Shown piece after piece: positions 29,761 through 43,488 of a stretch of 64,000 nt of DNA. Below the pieces are notes generated by a model. It saw only the letters and a list, made by a program, of their open reading frames with translations. It had not been told where the DNA came from and did no database searches. Location of the stretch: NCBI RefSeq assembly GCF_009914755.1, contig NC_060931.1, one strand, 5' to 3'. Every line of letters starts with the position of its first letter. The first letter of the stretch is position 1. Source of the DNA: the human T2T-CHM13v2.0 reference genome, Homo sapiens. The position numbers and the translations under genes are program-made.

Positions 29761-32700
29761 GTTAACAGTCCAATATCTGTACTTGACTTCTCCTAGTAAC
29801 CATGTCATAGGAATGGTCACCAGGAATATGTGAATGATAGAAGTGATATCTTTGTAAAGACATGTGTGACATATGTTCTGTTTTGTAGACTTGTTGGAGC
29901 AATAATGGTAACGTCTTCCTAAATCCTAATTCTGTATTTATTACTGCTGACTACCATCTTGAGCAATTTGCTTTACTCTTTCTCTCAGTCCCTCTCTCAC
30001 TCTCTACTTAGCAATAGATGATATAATTATTTCTTACCAGGAAACAGAAGAGTTAATTCACTATGCAGAATACTCTGAAATTATATAAAAAGGGACTGTA
30101 TACATCTAGGAAATTATTAATAATAGCCACTTGATGGGTCATATTGCCAATTGGTAAAAATATCCTCCTAAAAATGGTATTCCTCCATTTCTGCTCCTTC
30201 ACCATTTTGTCCAGAGCTAGAGAGAAAGCTTTTGAGAAATCCAGTTTCTACACTCGGTTTATGCTGACAAACCTGAAACTTCTATTAGACTTTGCAGCTT
30301 GGAAGAGGTAAAGGACAAAGGTGGATCACAGGGAATTTGGAGAGGCTCTAATTCAGAGGCTTTGTAATGAGGGTAAGGAACTTGAGGATGCTAAAGCAGC
30401 TGAAATGGCAACACACACATGTGTACGTGCACACATACCATGAAAATACTGTGCATTTTGATGCTTAGGAAAATAAAGGTTTACTTTGAAGGGAAGCGAA
30501 TAAATCTGCAATATATTCTATACTGAGTCACTCAACAAAGTGAATACTATTGATGGGAAGTAAATTACCAGCATTCACCAAAGTTTAGGACAATCTGTTT
30601 GCCTACCTCATAAAATCATTTTCCTCTAAATTCAGAAGATAAAGAAAATAGGAGATGAATAGGAGATGTGATTTTTATTTTTTAATTTACCTTACTTAGT
30701 TTTTTTGGTCAAGGTCGAATAGTGAAGTCGGCCTTTCTTCTTTTGGCCTCATCACCATCCGTTTCTCAGCTCCAATATGCCGACTGGCAACGTCCCTCTC
30801 TTCAACATACCCAGGGTTCTTGGGTGTTTTCATTTTATCTATTAATAAAATAGGTTTATATAAGAGGGTCTTATCAATTAATTCCCATGATTTGACCTAA
30901 TGTTTTTGTTGTTTAAAATTTCACACACATTGTGGGATTTCAAACAGCCTTAAACTCAGAAAATTTGAAGGAAAGCAGAACTCTTCTCCCTAACTTTAAA
31001 TCTTAGTGCATAAGCCTGGCCTCCTCTATTCTGCCCCGTCCTTCATACTTTGAAGGAACTTAACCTGTCATTTGATGTATTGTTTTCCATTCCTCCTAAC
31101 CCCTCTCAGACCAATAACATGTATTCTAATTCTTTTTTCTCTAAATGCTCTCAAAATTTCCAGTTTTAATTTATACTTTTCTTCCTGTAAAAAATCAACC
31201 GGCAATTCAGCATCACAAAGTCAGATCAAAGATATTTGGGTCAAATTTATCCAGGGCCAAAGTTGAATTTTGCCCTACTATAATGTCATTTTGAAAATGA
31301 CAGATCTTTTTAGCAATCTTTGTTATCTGAATGAAATTTCCAAATTATTTTTTCAATCTCCTGATCAATCTTTCTAAAACTTGCATGCTACTGGGAATTT
31401 ATTATTTAACCAACTTTTGACAACTGTGTGTGAGGCACTGTGGAACATACAACAATATCTAGAGTATGCTCCTTGATATATAGTAGTTTACAAACTAATG
31501 GTAAAGTAAGAATAATTTTCAATTTAAAAACTTTGCAAATAAAACACAAGACAAAATATGATCCTCATGATAAACATAGCACAAAGTATATGGGAATTTA
31601 GCAAATGAAGGAACCCCTTACAGTGGAGTAACATGGAAGGCTACAAGGAAAAGAAATTTTAAGGTAGATCTACTAAAAATGATTGGGTTTGAAATGATGA
31701 GCTACTCATAATAGCTTCCTAAGACTTCTGGGGAAAAATACCCTTTTTCTCTAGTAAAAGAATTACAGTCATGCAATGGCATATCTCCTATTAAAAATGC
31801 CAATATAGCTACAGCGTCTGTTTGTTTACCCAGCTGAAAATGGCAGTCTAGAGCAACGGCTATGCCTTTTGTTGCCCATAATACTGACAGCTGAAAAATT
31901 ACAGAATCATAATCAAATTGCACATACTAGGACTAACCCTAACTTTGTTCCAGATTGATTGAGTGTGCAGGATTTGAGCACTCTCAGAAACCCTTCAGCA
32001 ACTTAAGGATTTATTTCTGGGAAAGAGTATGTATGGTTTCTGGCATTTTATCTCCCAGGTAGACCCTTTCCTTTCCCTGGATAAACTACTTTTGTATTGA
32101 CTGAAAGTGCATTTCATTTCCGACACCGAGTCCCTGAGCAAAGAATGGATGAAAAGACATATTATCATATGCAGAGTACAGAAATGCTTTCAGTTCATAT
32201 ATTGCAGGGGTTATATTCATAGCAAACATCTGAGATTCTATTAATGCATGAATTAATAAAACATTGGTGAGCAGGTTGCCTACAGAGAGGGCTACACATG
32301 CTTGTTTACAGTTGACGCATCACTCATCATCCCCGAATGGAGAACTTTGACTGTAGAGATGCAATTCTCCAGCTGCATATGAATGTGGCTGCAGTAGGGA
32401 GCCTGTTTATCTGAGGAATGTGCTGCTGGCTGATTTATAATGAAAAGAACCGGAAAAGAGGTGGTTGGTGCCCTTTCACACAATCCGATAAACTGTTACA
32501 CAGAGATAACAGTGGCATTGAATTAAACATGTTTGTCTATTTTTCAATGTTACTTTTTTTTTTAACTTTCTTAGGGCTTCATTTTAAACAGTGCTAATTG
32601 TCTCTGATTATGCATAGTGCTACAGTATTAATCATTATAAGTTCTGCTATAAAGAAAAAGTAAATAAAAATACAGTGTATTTAAACATTAATTGATTTTT

Positions 32701-33604
32701 GATTTGTAATTCTCTAAAATGACATTAAATGTTACTTAGATATGCCCTGTCACAGAGCTAAAAGGAAAAAATATTTTACATGACATTGTCATCCCCCAAC
32801 TTATTTTTATGGTCTGCATATCTAATTTTTAAATTTATATAACACATGTAGTATGAATAAATCAGTTTTTGAGTATAGCACTTAACAATTATCATGTTGA
32901 AGGAAACCAATGGTATACAAACTTTCAAGATTTTCACTAATGATGAAAATAGTTCATAAAAACAGAGATGCATACTTTTCTATCACTCTTTATATAAAAA
33001 TGTGTAAGCATTTAGAATGTTATTTGACAGCAGGGATGATGTTCATTTGTTTACAACTAAAGTATATATCCTGGGTATCCAACCCATAGCCTAGTGCACA
33101 CATAGTGGGTGTTCAATAAATATTTCATAAGTGAATGTGTCTCTGAGGCTTTGAGATAGAAGAATGTGCATATTCCTTATTTAGTATTCTCCTGACCAAA
33201 AACTTAAGCAGTAAATGTAGGTCAGTTCAGGTCTACATCTCTCCTGGCTTCCTAGATGCCAGTCTCAGTTGCAATATTCAAGTACAAAGGCAGTATTTTT
33301 TCTTGCATGATACAAATTCATTACTATATTTCTACCTGTTGGTGACCCTACCATCAAAGAGTGCAATAGGGGAAATGCATCTGATGTGACAAGGTAGGTA
33401 ATGAAGCAAAAATAATGTATTTCTCTTATTTAATTCCCATTTCCCATACCATAAATAAAATAGTAAAGGGTCATGTGCAAACATAGATATCATGGATGTC
33501 TATATTCCTTCAAGAAACATTCGTTGAATTCTTTTACTATACCAGAACGTAAACAAAGAGAAATAAAACACAGTCCTTACCTGTGAAACAGGTAAACTGA
33601 TAGA

Positions 33605-33724
33605 CACTGTTGCCTTCTTTATCATTTTTGTTCATATAATTTTTATCTCTTTATGAATTTGGTAACAGGCTCTATTAATCTGTTCCTTCCCTATTTGAAG
33701 GACAGGCCAAAGATCCAGTTTGGA
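33605..33724 (+). repeat. Direct duplicate of 36857-36976 (exon 2 acceptor plus 5'UTR start)
   Basis: Ungapped 120-bp alignment with 9 mismatches; offset 3252 bp. Confidence 0.95.
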
Positions 33725-35749
33725 CAGGAGAGACTATTTCTTTCAGCGTAATGCTGTGTTTCATTTGAAGTCTTTTTTGGCTAAGAGCCCTTTCCCAACA
33801 GAGAATTAAGCTTTCTATAGACTATAAGGTAATCTTTATTTGAGTAGCCAAACTTTCTTTACATTCAAAAGATGTCTACACTTTTTGCAAAGACACATGG
33901 TCAGCCTGTGTTGATGGCCTTCTTTTAATTAGCTATTCTGTTTTACTAGGCACATAAAACAATTATTTTATAGAGAAATTTCTGCATCTTTATCATTAGC
34001 GATAATGATCGCAGTGTCTTTTGCCTTCCATGGCAGTTTTTCTTCAAAGGGAATTGCACGTAAAGATCAAAGAGACCAGAAATTGATATGAAACAAAAAA
34101 ATTCTACTACAGTATCAACTTTTTAAAAAAATTATTATTATTAGACTTTCTGGTACCCTGTGGCAGATCTCCCAGGGAGGCTCTGAGTTAATACTGAGCA
34201 TTCCAATGGCTGCTGCCATCAGTGCTGAGATTCACACCTAAACAAACAGACAAAACATACCCCAGCTGACTCTGTGGCTCAGGAAAACAGCCCATCATTC
34301 GCTGCATGTGAAAGGAACAGAAAGTAAGCAGAAATCTGTGTTTTAAAGGGCACTGCTAATATGAAAAGGGAGAAATGTCAAAAATGTTGAAGTAAACACT
34401 GGACTAGCTCCTGTCTTGCTTGTTTCATTGAGTTTTTTTCTTCCTTGGCACCTAAAAAATTCTAAATGCTGTGCCATTTCATTAATTCTCAATGAGCACA
34501 CAAGAAAACAAATATAAATCAAAATAGCAATAGCAAACATTTCTTGAACAAACTACAACAGGAATATAAAGCCAGAAGTCAACAGTTTGATTGGGGAAGG
34601 GAGATAAGACAGAATACTTGATCTTTCCTGGTAGTAACTGTTGAGTCTTAAATTGGTAAGTGGCTATTTGCTGGAGAAATTGGTATAGAAGGACATTCTT
34701 GGCAAAAGGGAACAGCATGAGCAAAAGCAAGGGGTCATCAACACCCTAAACACCTACTGAGTGCACATAGTTCAATATATCTGCAGCTTAAGATCTGAAG
34801 GCAGAGGTAGGCCCATGCAGATAAGCATGGTGAGCAGTAGGACTTTAGAGCTAGCCAGGGACAAGATCATAAAGCACTGAGAAGAGATTTATAATTAGTT
34901 AATTCTTAAATCTGTGGGCAAGGGAAACTCAGTATACATTGATAGAAGATGGGCTACTCTGAATAGTAATTGAGATTGTGCATTAGAGTGTCTCCCCCAA
35001 TGAGACATCATTCAAATTGCTAACATTTGCTAATTTATCTGAGAGCACATGAATAGTGTGGCTTTTAGGCATCTTGATTGAGTCTTGGACCAGCTAGGAG
35101 GGCCCTTCCTTCATAAAACCCTTCCAACACACAATCATGTGTGAAGGTTGAAAAGCAGACAGGCATGCTCAACTAGAACACACAAGGGCATGTGGCTGCA
35201 ACCTGTCAGAAGAATGCTCCAGGAGTCTGATGCAGTCAGATCTCTCACTTGACTCTGAAAATAATACGTTCATCTTATCTTGGGGGATAGAAGTAAGCAG
35301 GCTGTGTGAATGTGCTGACCAAGTGTTTGCTCTAGTGCTAGAAAGCTGAGTGTCAAAGAATTCAACAGCAGGTACATAGGTTCATGTGTGCATGCAACTA
35401 GACTACTCCACACCAGAGTTTTGGAAAGCTCTCTAGAAAGATCCCAGACTACTGTCCAAAACATGATCCTCACAGCAAGGCTTTGCCTGATTCCCAATAG
35501 ATTCATACGTTCTAGCCTAGAATGTAAAAAGATGCTCAATTCACAGTAGCTACAGTCAACTGTGTGCACCCCAGCACTGGCATTCATTGCACTACCTGAG
35601 ATGTGACGACAAAATGAGGAGTTGCCTCACTCTGGATAGGGGAGGCAGCCACCAGCAATCACACTTGCCCCATCATCTATAGTTGTACAGGTTATACAAC
35701 AAAAAGTTGAGAAATCATGTACTTTTAAAGGGGGTATCTTTGTCTAATG

Positions 35750-36470
35750 CTCAAAACAGTGCTTTGGGGGGTGGTAGCAGCTCTCTAGGAATTTATTGCT
35801 AGGGTCCTGCTACGAATTACAAGAGCTCAGCATAGTGGGGATAAGGAAGAAGTGGTAGCTTTGGGAGATGTTAAGCGGTTAGATTCTGCAGGGCATAGTG
35901 GCTAATTGAAAGATGGTAGCAGGGGGTGAAGTGGAGAAGACTCTAGGGTGCAGATTTCTGGCCTGAGAGCCTGGAAACAGAGAAGATCCATTCATAGACA
36001 CGCAGACTTTGAGGTGTCTGAAGGATGTGTGGGTAAAGCTGTTTAACAGGCAGTTGACCTAAGAAGTATGGAGCTCATTTAAGTGGTAGTTGAAACTGAA
36101 AATAGATGAGTTGGCCCAGGGAGAGGTAGTGGGAGGATGGGGGAAGGAAGGTGTTAAACAATGGAATTTGAGATGTTGTCAAGATGAAGCATGATAACAG
36201 AAACCTAGGAAGTTGTAATAGGTAGAGAATAGTCAAGATTTCAATTAAGGTCAAGTAAAATGAGAACTACAGTGAGTTTATAGTTTATTCAATTTAGAAA
36301 TAAGTAGCAGCTTTTTCCACAACACTTTTGTTAGAGCAGTTGAGGCAGACTCTTAACCTCAATGGGCTAGGATAGTTCATCTATTAAGGGAGGGACAGAG
36401 ATGCAGTGGTAGAAATGCAGAAATGGTAACAGAGTTCATTGTGTTTTCTTGTGTTTTAAATGGAAAGGGT
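35750..36470 (-). mobile_element. L2 remnant
   Basis: Purine-rich sequence with L2-type motifs (AGATTTCTGGCCTGAG, TTTGAGGTGTCTG, CAGGCAGTTG, AGGTCAAGTAAAATGAGAACT); boundaries approximate. Confidence 0.6.
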
Positions 36471-36977
36471 AAGAGTCCATAAAAAAGGTAAGTTTACAAA
36501 TGCAGCTTAAAGAGAAGGGATATAAACTCACATCCACATTGCTGCCCTAACAAAAACAAAGTAAATGACTCAGTAGAGAGAGTACTGGACTTGGCTTTCA
36601 AAAGAAAAAAAAACAAAACACAAAAAAACTGGAGTCCAAACCCAATCTGCAATAAGTACACTTTGTAAGGTCACCTCCTTGACCCTCTGTGCCCATTTCT
36701 GTGAGATGGGACCACTAGGAACTACATCATAGAGTGTGTAAGGATGGGGTGAGAATACCTGTGAGAGAGTGCCTGGTGCTGTGGTGTACTGTGTGTTTAG
36801 TAAATGGTTTTCTGAGTCATCCCATTAAAGGTCTGATTGGGCATGATCGATGTAATCACTGTTGCTTTCTTTACCATTTTTGTTCATATAATTTTTATCT
36901 CTTTAGGAATTTTGTGACAGGCTCTGTTAGTCTGTTCCTCCCTTATTTGAAGGACAGGCCAAAGATCCAGTTTGGAA

Positions 36978-36992
36978 ATGAGAGAGGACTAG
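36978..36992 (+). other. uORF1 (MRED*) in the GRM3 5'UTR
   Basis: gaaATG AGA GAG GAC TAG; purine at -3. Confidence 0.75.
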
Positions 36993-37592
<600 letters not shown>

Positions 37593-37710
37593 TAATAACG
37601 TCATCAACGGATTATATCAACAATGCAATTATTAATTTTTCTAGTTATAATTTGATAATATAGGTTTGCAGGCAGAAGATTTTTCTACCAATGAAAATTG
37701 TTTAGAAGCA

Positions 37711-38140
37711 TATCAGGTAGCTATTGCAACATTAAACACTACCCCCAAAATTCAGTGGTTCAAATAAGAATATTATTTATTAGTTTACAAGTCTAAAGAT
37801 CAGATGCTGTGAACTAATGGAGGCTGGGTTTCACTGGGGGCAGCTCTGCTCCAGGTTGTCTCTTATCCTCCTCCTGGAATCGATCATCTAGCCCAGGAAT
37901 GTTCTCTGAGTGATGGCAGAGGTGCAAGAGAATGCAAACTCAGCTGTACAAAGCTCTTTCAAGTTTCTGCTTGCTTCGCACCTGCTGACATCCCATTAGC
38001 AAAAGCAACTCACAGGGCTCAATCCAGAGTGAAGGAGCTGGTAAGTATGCCCTGCCCACAGGACAAGTGCTGCAGTTATGCAACAGACTATCAAGGTAAG
38101 ATGAAATAATAATTTGAAGCCACTGATGCAATCAAACACA
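37711..38140 (-). mobile_element. MaLR LTR (MLT1H/I-like)
   Basis: TATCAGGTAGCTATTGC...CCCCAAAATTCAGTGG...CTGACATCCCATTAGCAAAAGCAA. Confidence 0.65.
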
Positions 38141-38829
38141 GGAAGGCATAATGTCATGGAACTCCATTATTCCCACTAATTTTTACTAAAGCATTTTTTT
38201 GTTCAGAGATAAAATACAAATAAAATTTCTCAGGATATAAACCTAAAAATGTATGCAGAGAAGCCAGAGGATTACTACCATTAAAAAAAAAAAGGAAACA
38301 TTTAACACATAACTTAAACTAAATATAAAGCTAATAATTGGCTGTCATAATTTTGTTGGGAAAGAAGAAATATACATACTCTTGCAATCCTTACTTATAA
38401 GGTTACTAAATTTTATAGAAGTAAATAAGTGAGAAATCATCTAGCTTAACTTCATCATTTTCCCAATCCCCAGAAAGATTGGTTTCATGAAAACTCCCAC
38501 TGGTAGAAAGTACAAGAACTAGAACTCAGATAGATCTTTTGTACTTCTGTGTTCTTTTAACTACCCCATGTGATATTTATATGTTACTTTAAGTTTAGTA
38601 TTTTTTCTGATTAGAGCATTAATGTCACAGTAATAAAAGTCCATGATTCTAAGAGTCATACACTTTGCCTCCCACCAAATTACTATAATCAAAGCCCCAA
38701 GCACTAAAAGAAACTATACCACACTCATGTTGTCTTTTTATGTCATGAACCACTTAAATTGGCTATATTTGCGTTGGAATAACCTTCTTTCTCTATCTCA
38801 CATTTGTGGCACTTAAAATTCTAGGTATA

Positions 38830-39161
<332 letters not shown>

Positions 39162-39406
39162 TAAAATTCTAGGTATAATTCTTTGTGGTTCTCTATGAGC
39201 TATTTGAAATTTATTTCCTTCTTCAGATTACACCATCATGTTATGAGTAATTAGGATAACTGGTTTTAAATAAACATCCTTAGGTTTCACTAGATGGATA
39301 GAAAATATTGCACATATGAAAGCACATCATGTTAATTTTGCCACTCTTTCTATACTTGGATAAAGAGAGATGAAAAATGCTATTTTATTTGAGGAAAGAG
39401 TATCGG

Positions 39407-39412
39407 TCATAC

Positions 39413-39461
<49 letters not shown>

Positions 39462-39470
39462 GAAGTATGA
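39407..39470. repeat. (TA)21 microsatellite inside a 64-bp near-perfect palindrome
   Basis: TCATACTTCA-(TA)21-AA-TGAAGTATGA. Confidence 0.95.
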
Positions 39471-42400
39471 AACATTTCATATATGTGTATATATATAGTC
39501 TGCCATACTTCAATCATAATTTCCAGATGAATGCCAGTCATTTCACGAATTTATATTATACCCAATATTACCACTAGTAAGGGCTTATATATATGCGCTT
39601 TTTCTCACCTTAGTTTCTCCTAGTGCAATAAATGGTACTCTACAGCAGATGTGTAAATATCCCACTTATCCAAAGTAATTGAGAAACTGTGCCCTGCAAA
39701 TGGCCTTTTTACAATCTAATTTTACTCTTTTACTACCTATTTACTTCCTGGAAGAAGTCAGACTAGTTTAGAGGAAAAAATGTGGGCTACCAAAACCCTG
39801 TACTAGTTAGTTCTGAAGGTCAGAAGCCACTTCTTACTCATTGAAAGACCTATCTCATTAGGTTTTTTTCATTTATCTGGTCAATATCACCATGAAGTCA
39901 CAAACATTGATAAGGTTCTTATCTTCACAGCATAAATAAAAGACCCAAAACTATCATGCTATAATGGAAACAGTGTAGATTTTGGCAACAGAAAGACCTG
40001 AGTTTGAATTCCAACTACACCGTTTTCTGGTTAATCTGTAAAATGAAGAAAATATCATCTACCTCAAAAAGTTGGAGAGAAGATAAATTAAGAAAATCTG
40101 TGGAAAATGCCTCACCAAAAACTGACAGATTCAATAAATGGTAACCTTATGTCCCTAAAATTATAGGAAAGGTCAGTGGAAAGCCATATCGAAAGCTAAT
40201 TATGTGGACTTCTCTGGTGCCCAAGCAGTCCCATGAAGTCATTGCTGGTTTCCCACATGGTTAATCAGCAAGTCAGTCTGTATTAAGCTCCTACTGTGTG
40301 CACTGCACTGTGACAGGAGTTAGAGCAAACACTAAAGTCATATAGAACACAGCCCTGATCTCAAGAAACTTAAAATCTGGTTATGGGTACAATGTGCTCT
40401 GAAATAACAGTAACTATAATTCAGAATATGTTCATGTAGCTCACAAAGTAAGAAATGACCTTTAGAAAGGTTTTGAGGATGAGTAAGAATGAAAGTTGCA
40501 TTGGAGAAAGGCTAACAGGGTGACAGTGTAAATGAGATGCTGGATCTGAAGAGGCCAATCAGAAAACTGTGGGAGACGTCCATGTACAAGGGGATAAAGG
40601 CCTTGACATGAATAAGAAGGAACAAGAGAGAAGGCTCCATTCCCTCCTCCATGGCTCCAACATTTCCTGACTAGTCAGACTCTGATTAGGCCACAGACTT
40701 GTCCAGGCCAAGTCAAGCCAGGAGTTGGAGCAATTAGGCTATACACTGACCCCCATGCCCCCTTCCAAGGAACCCTTCAATACAGGGTCCTGTATTCAGC
40801 TAGGCATCACAAATAATAAGAGTTGTTAGGTGGCTGTTATGTAGCTAAGAATTAAAGTGTGTTATTCCTTTGAAACATATATGTCCTTTAATAAGAATTC
40901 TAAAAAATATAGTCAGTGGTAATCCAAAGCCATAAATTCCTAATGGTGAATTTAAGGCCCTCTTTTACACTAACGAGGGAAACATTTTTGGAGAGAAGAT
41001 TTCTCTGGGTACCTCTGATACTCACATGCTCCTGCTCCAGTGACTGATTCTGGTCATACACCTGGTGTGTGGTAACCGTGGTGACAGTGTGCAGCCTGTA
41101 GCATTGCCATCCATTTTTAACTACTTTTGACTTCCTGCATATGTACTGGAAATTGTCTTTTCTTGAACTGAGCCGGGGGAAAAAAGAGGGTGGAAGAAAT
41201 AAATGAGTATGAACCTGTCACATAATTTTAAAAATTCCTGCTGTCTGATTATAACATCTAGTCCCAAACCAGGGCTCAGGGGTTTTCCATTGCAAATTGC
41301 CTGTTGAGAGAGAACTTTAGAGAATGACAGCATTTTGTGCATCTTCCCTTTTGTGGTTGGGTCAGTTTAGACATTGCAATCTCCCCATTTGGGCCTGGAT
41401 TCCTTTCTCTGCTGAATTGCTTCAGGAAGTGCTTTCTCTCCAGCTTCCTCTTCTTTTCTTATCTTCCCACTAAAGGATAGAAACTTTTCCGGAAGGCAGC
41501 ATAGGAGATATGCCATGCTGTGTTAGTTCATACAATAGGCAGTGTTTGCTGATAGGAAAACTGCATGGAGGGGAATTCTTAATGACTTGCTGGGTTAAGC
41601 TGTATCACCATTGATGAAGAAACTGGATAATTATTTTCCCAATGCTCTTATTAAGTACAACAAGCCAGTCTGCTGTGGTCCCTTTTATAAAACAACAGTA
41701 TTGATTTCTTAATTCAGTAATCAATGAAAGCTAACATCAAAATCCTTCTATATTAGCAAATATATGTGGGAGTCTATTCACTCTCCCTGGAGAATAAGTT
41801 TCTTTCAAAGCATTTTTAAGACTGTATCCTGCACTTCTCCATAAGCCTGCAATCCACCCACTTCAGGGAAAACAGTATTTATATTTATTCAAGAAGAGAA
41901 TCAAGTTGGTTGCTGTTAGGTGATTGTCTACATGGTACTTGTTTTGAAACAATGATAATGCTTGTGCTTTTCGAATAGACTGTAGTTAACTGCTAAGTTG
42001 TTCAATCAAAAATTTTCCTTGAAATGATCTTCACTCTTTCCAGAGAACACATCATTTCTTCAGTTTTTCTTGCCTAGATGGAGCAAATTTTAATTAGAAC
42101 ATAGCAGATATAAGTTGACCCAGTTATTGTTTTGTCCCTGAGTGTTAAAGCGACTTCAGGAACAAATGAAGATTTGGCTTAGATGGCATGTAAAAGTTAA
42201 GCTCATAGAAAGGGCAGAAGAGAGCCTTGAAAGGACCTTCCTATCTCTTTCCCATCCCTGGTATAGAAATTTTCCAGAATTTCTAGCACTATCCACATCC
42301 CAGGAACACTCTAACTCAGGAGATGGTTACTATCACATAGTATAACATGACATGACATGACATGCATTGTTCACATTGTACCCCTGAGAAGAATAACTCC

Positions 42401-42764
42401 TGAAATTAAATCCATTGCAGTAAATTTCACAGGTTTTAGCTATATGGGGAAGAGGGAAGAGCATATAAAGACATCCCTCTATTATACCCCCTTCACTCAA
42501 CTCCACAGTGCTCAAGGGGACCACCGCTGGTCAATTTGTATTAAGCATTGGTTTCTTTCAATGATTCATTCCTCCTTTAAATTCAAATGTTTTGAGGAAA
42601 AGTCACACATTAATTGCCAGTTTTCTTATAGGAGCATAGGAAAAATAGTTGCAGAACTTGGGAGTGTAATAGCCTTCATATAGTTAGCTGTCTCCAAGTA
42701 TCTGATAGACAGCTGAATGGAAACAAGTACACTCTCTCTGTGGACAAATAGGTTGACTCTAGAG

Positions 42765-42948
42765 CAACCTTGGCACTATTGCTGTTTTGGGCTGGATATA
42801 AGGCTGTCCTGTACATGGTAAGATGTTTGGTAGCATCACCACCCTCTACCCATGAGATGCCACCAGCACCCCAAGCTTTGTCATCTAAAAATGTTTCCAT
42901 ACATTGGCAAGTTACAAAATTATCCCCTTTCCTCACTGAGAATCACTG
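42765..42948 (-). mobile_element. MER20-like hAT-Charlie element
   Basis: CAACCTTGGCACTATTG...GGCTGTCCTGTACATGGTAAGATGTTTGGTAGCATC...AAAAATGTTTCCATACATTGGCAA...TGAGAATCACTG. Confidence 0.8.
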
Positions 42949-43440
42949 ATCTGGAGCAAGGTATATTTAGAGCCAACATAAGGAAGACTTCTTAAAAAGG
43001 AAATAGCCTGGAAGGAGAGGGGTTGAAGGAAGTGAGTTCTCTGTTTCTGGAGTTATTCAAGCAAAAGTTGGCCTGTTACTGAGGAGACTGAAGCCATATA
43101 TTAGTATTTGAACTACAAGGCATTTAAGGGTATTTCTTAACATTATAATTATATGTCACTTTATGAAAATACTCTACTATTAGGGTTTAAGTAATTGCAA
43201 AGGAAGTATTTAAAATATGGAGCAGAAAGTTTACATAATGGGCTCTTTTATATCGGGATCACTTTGAAGCAGTAGTCCAGTCAATTGTTATTTCACTTGA
43301 TTATATTAGTATTTTTGCAAATGCCATGAATTAAGCATCTTATTTACCTATCTATTATAACTAGGGTTCTCATATAAAAGCATTTTTATCAGAAAATAAG
43401 CATTTATTAAGCATGTATACAGTAGGCACAGCAAGAACAG

Positions 43441-43488
43441 TATTCCATAGAACATTATTCTATAGAACATTATTCTATAGAACATTAT
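43441..43488. repeat. 15-bp tandem repeat, about 3 copies (TATTCTATAGAACAT)
   Basis: Direct read. Confidence 0.9.

Noticed and set aside
36118-36151. G-rich tract as a G-quadruplex
   Set aside because: Only three G>=3 runs, within L2-derived purine-rich sequence.
43441-43488. Short palindromic repeats as a CRISPR-like array
   Set aside because: No spacers and eukaryotic intron context; it is a simple 15-bp tandem repeat.
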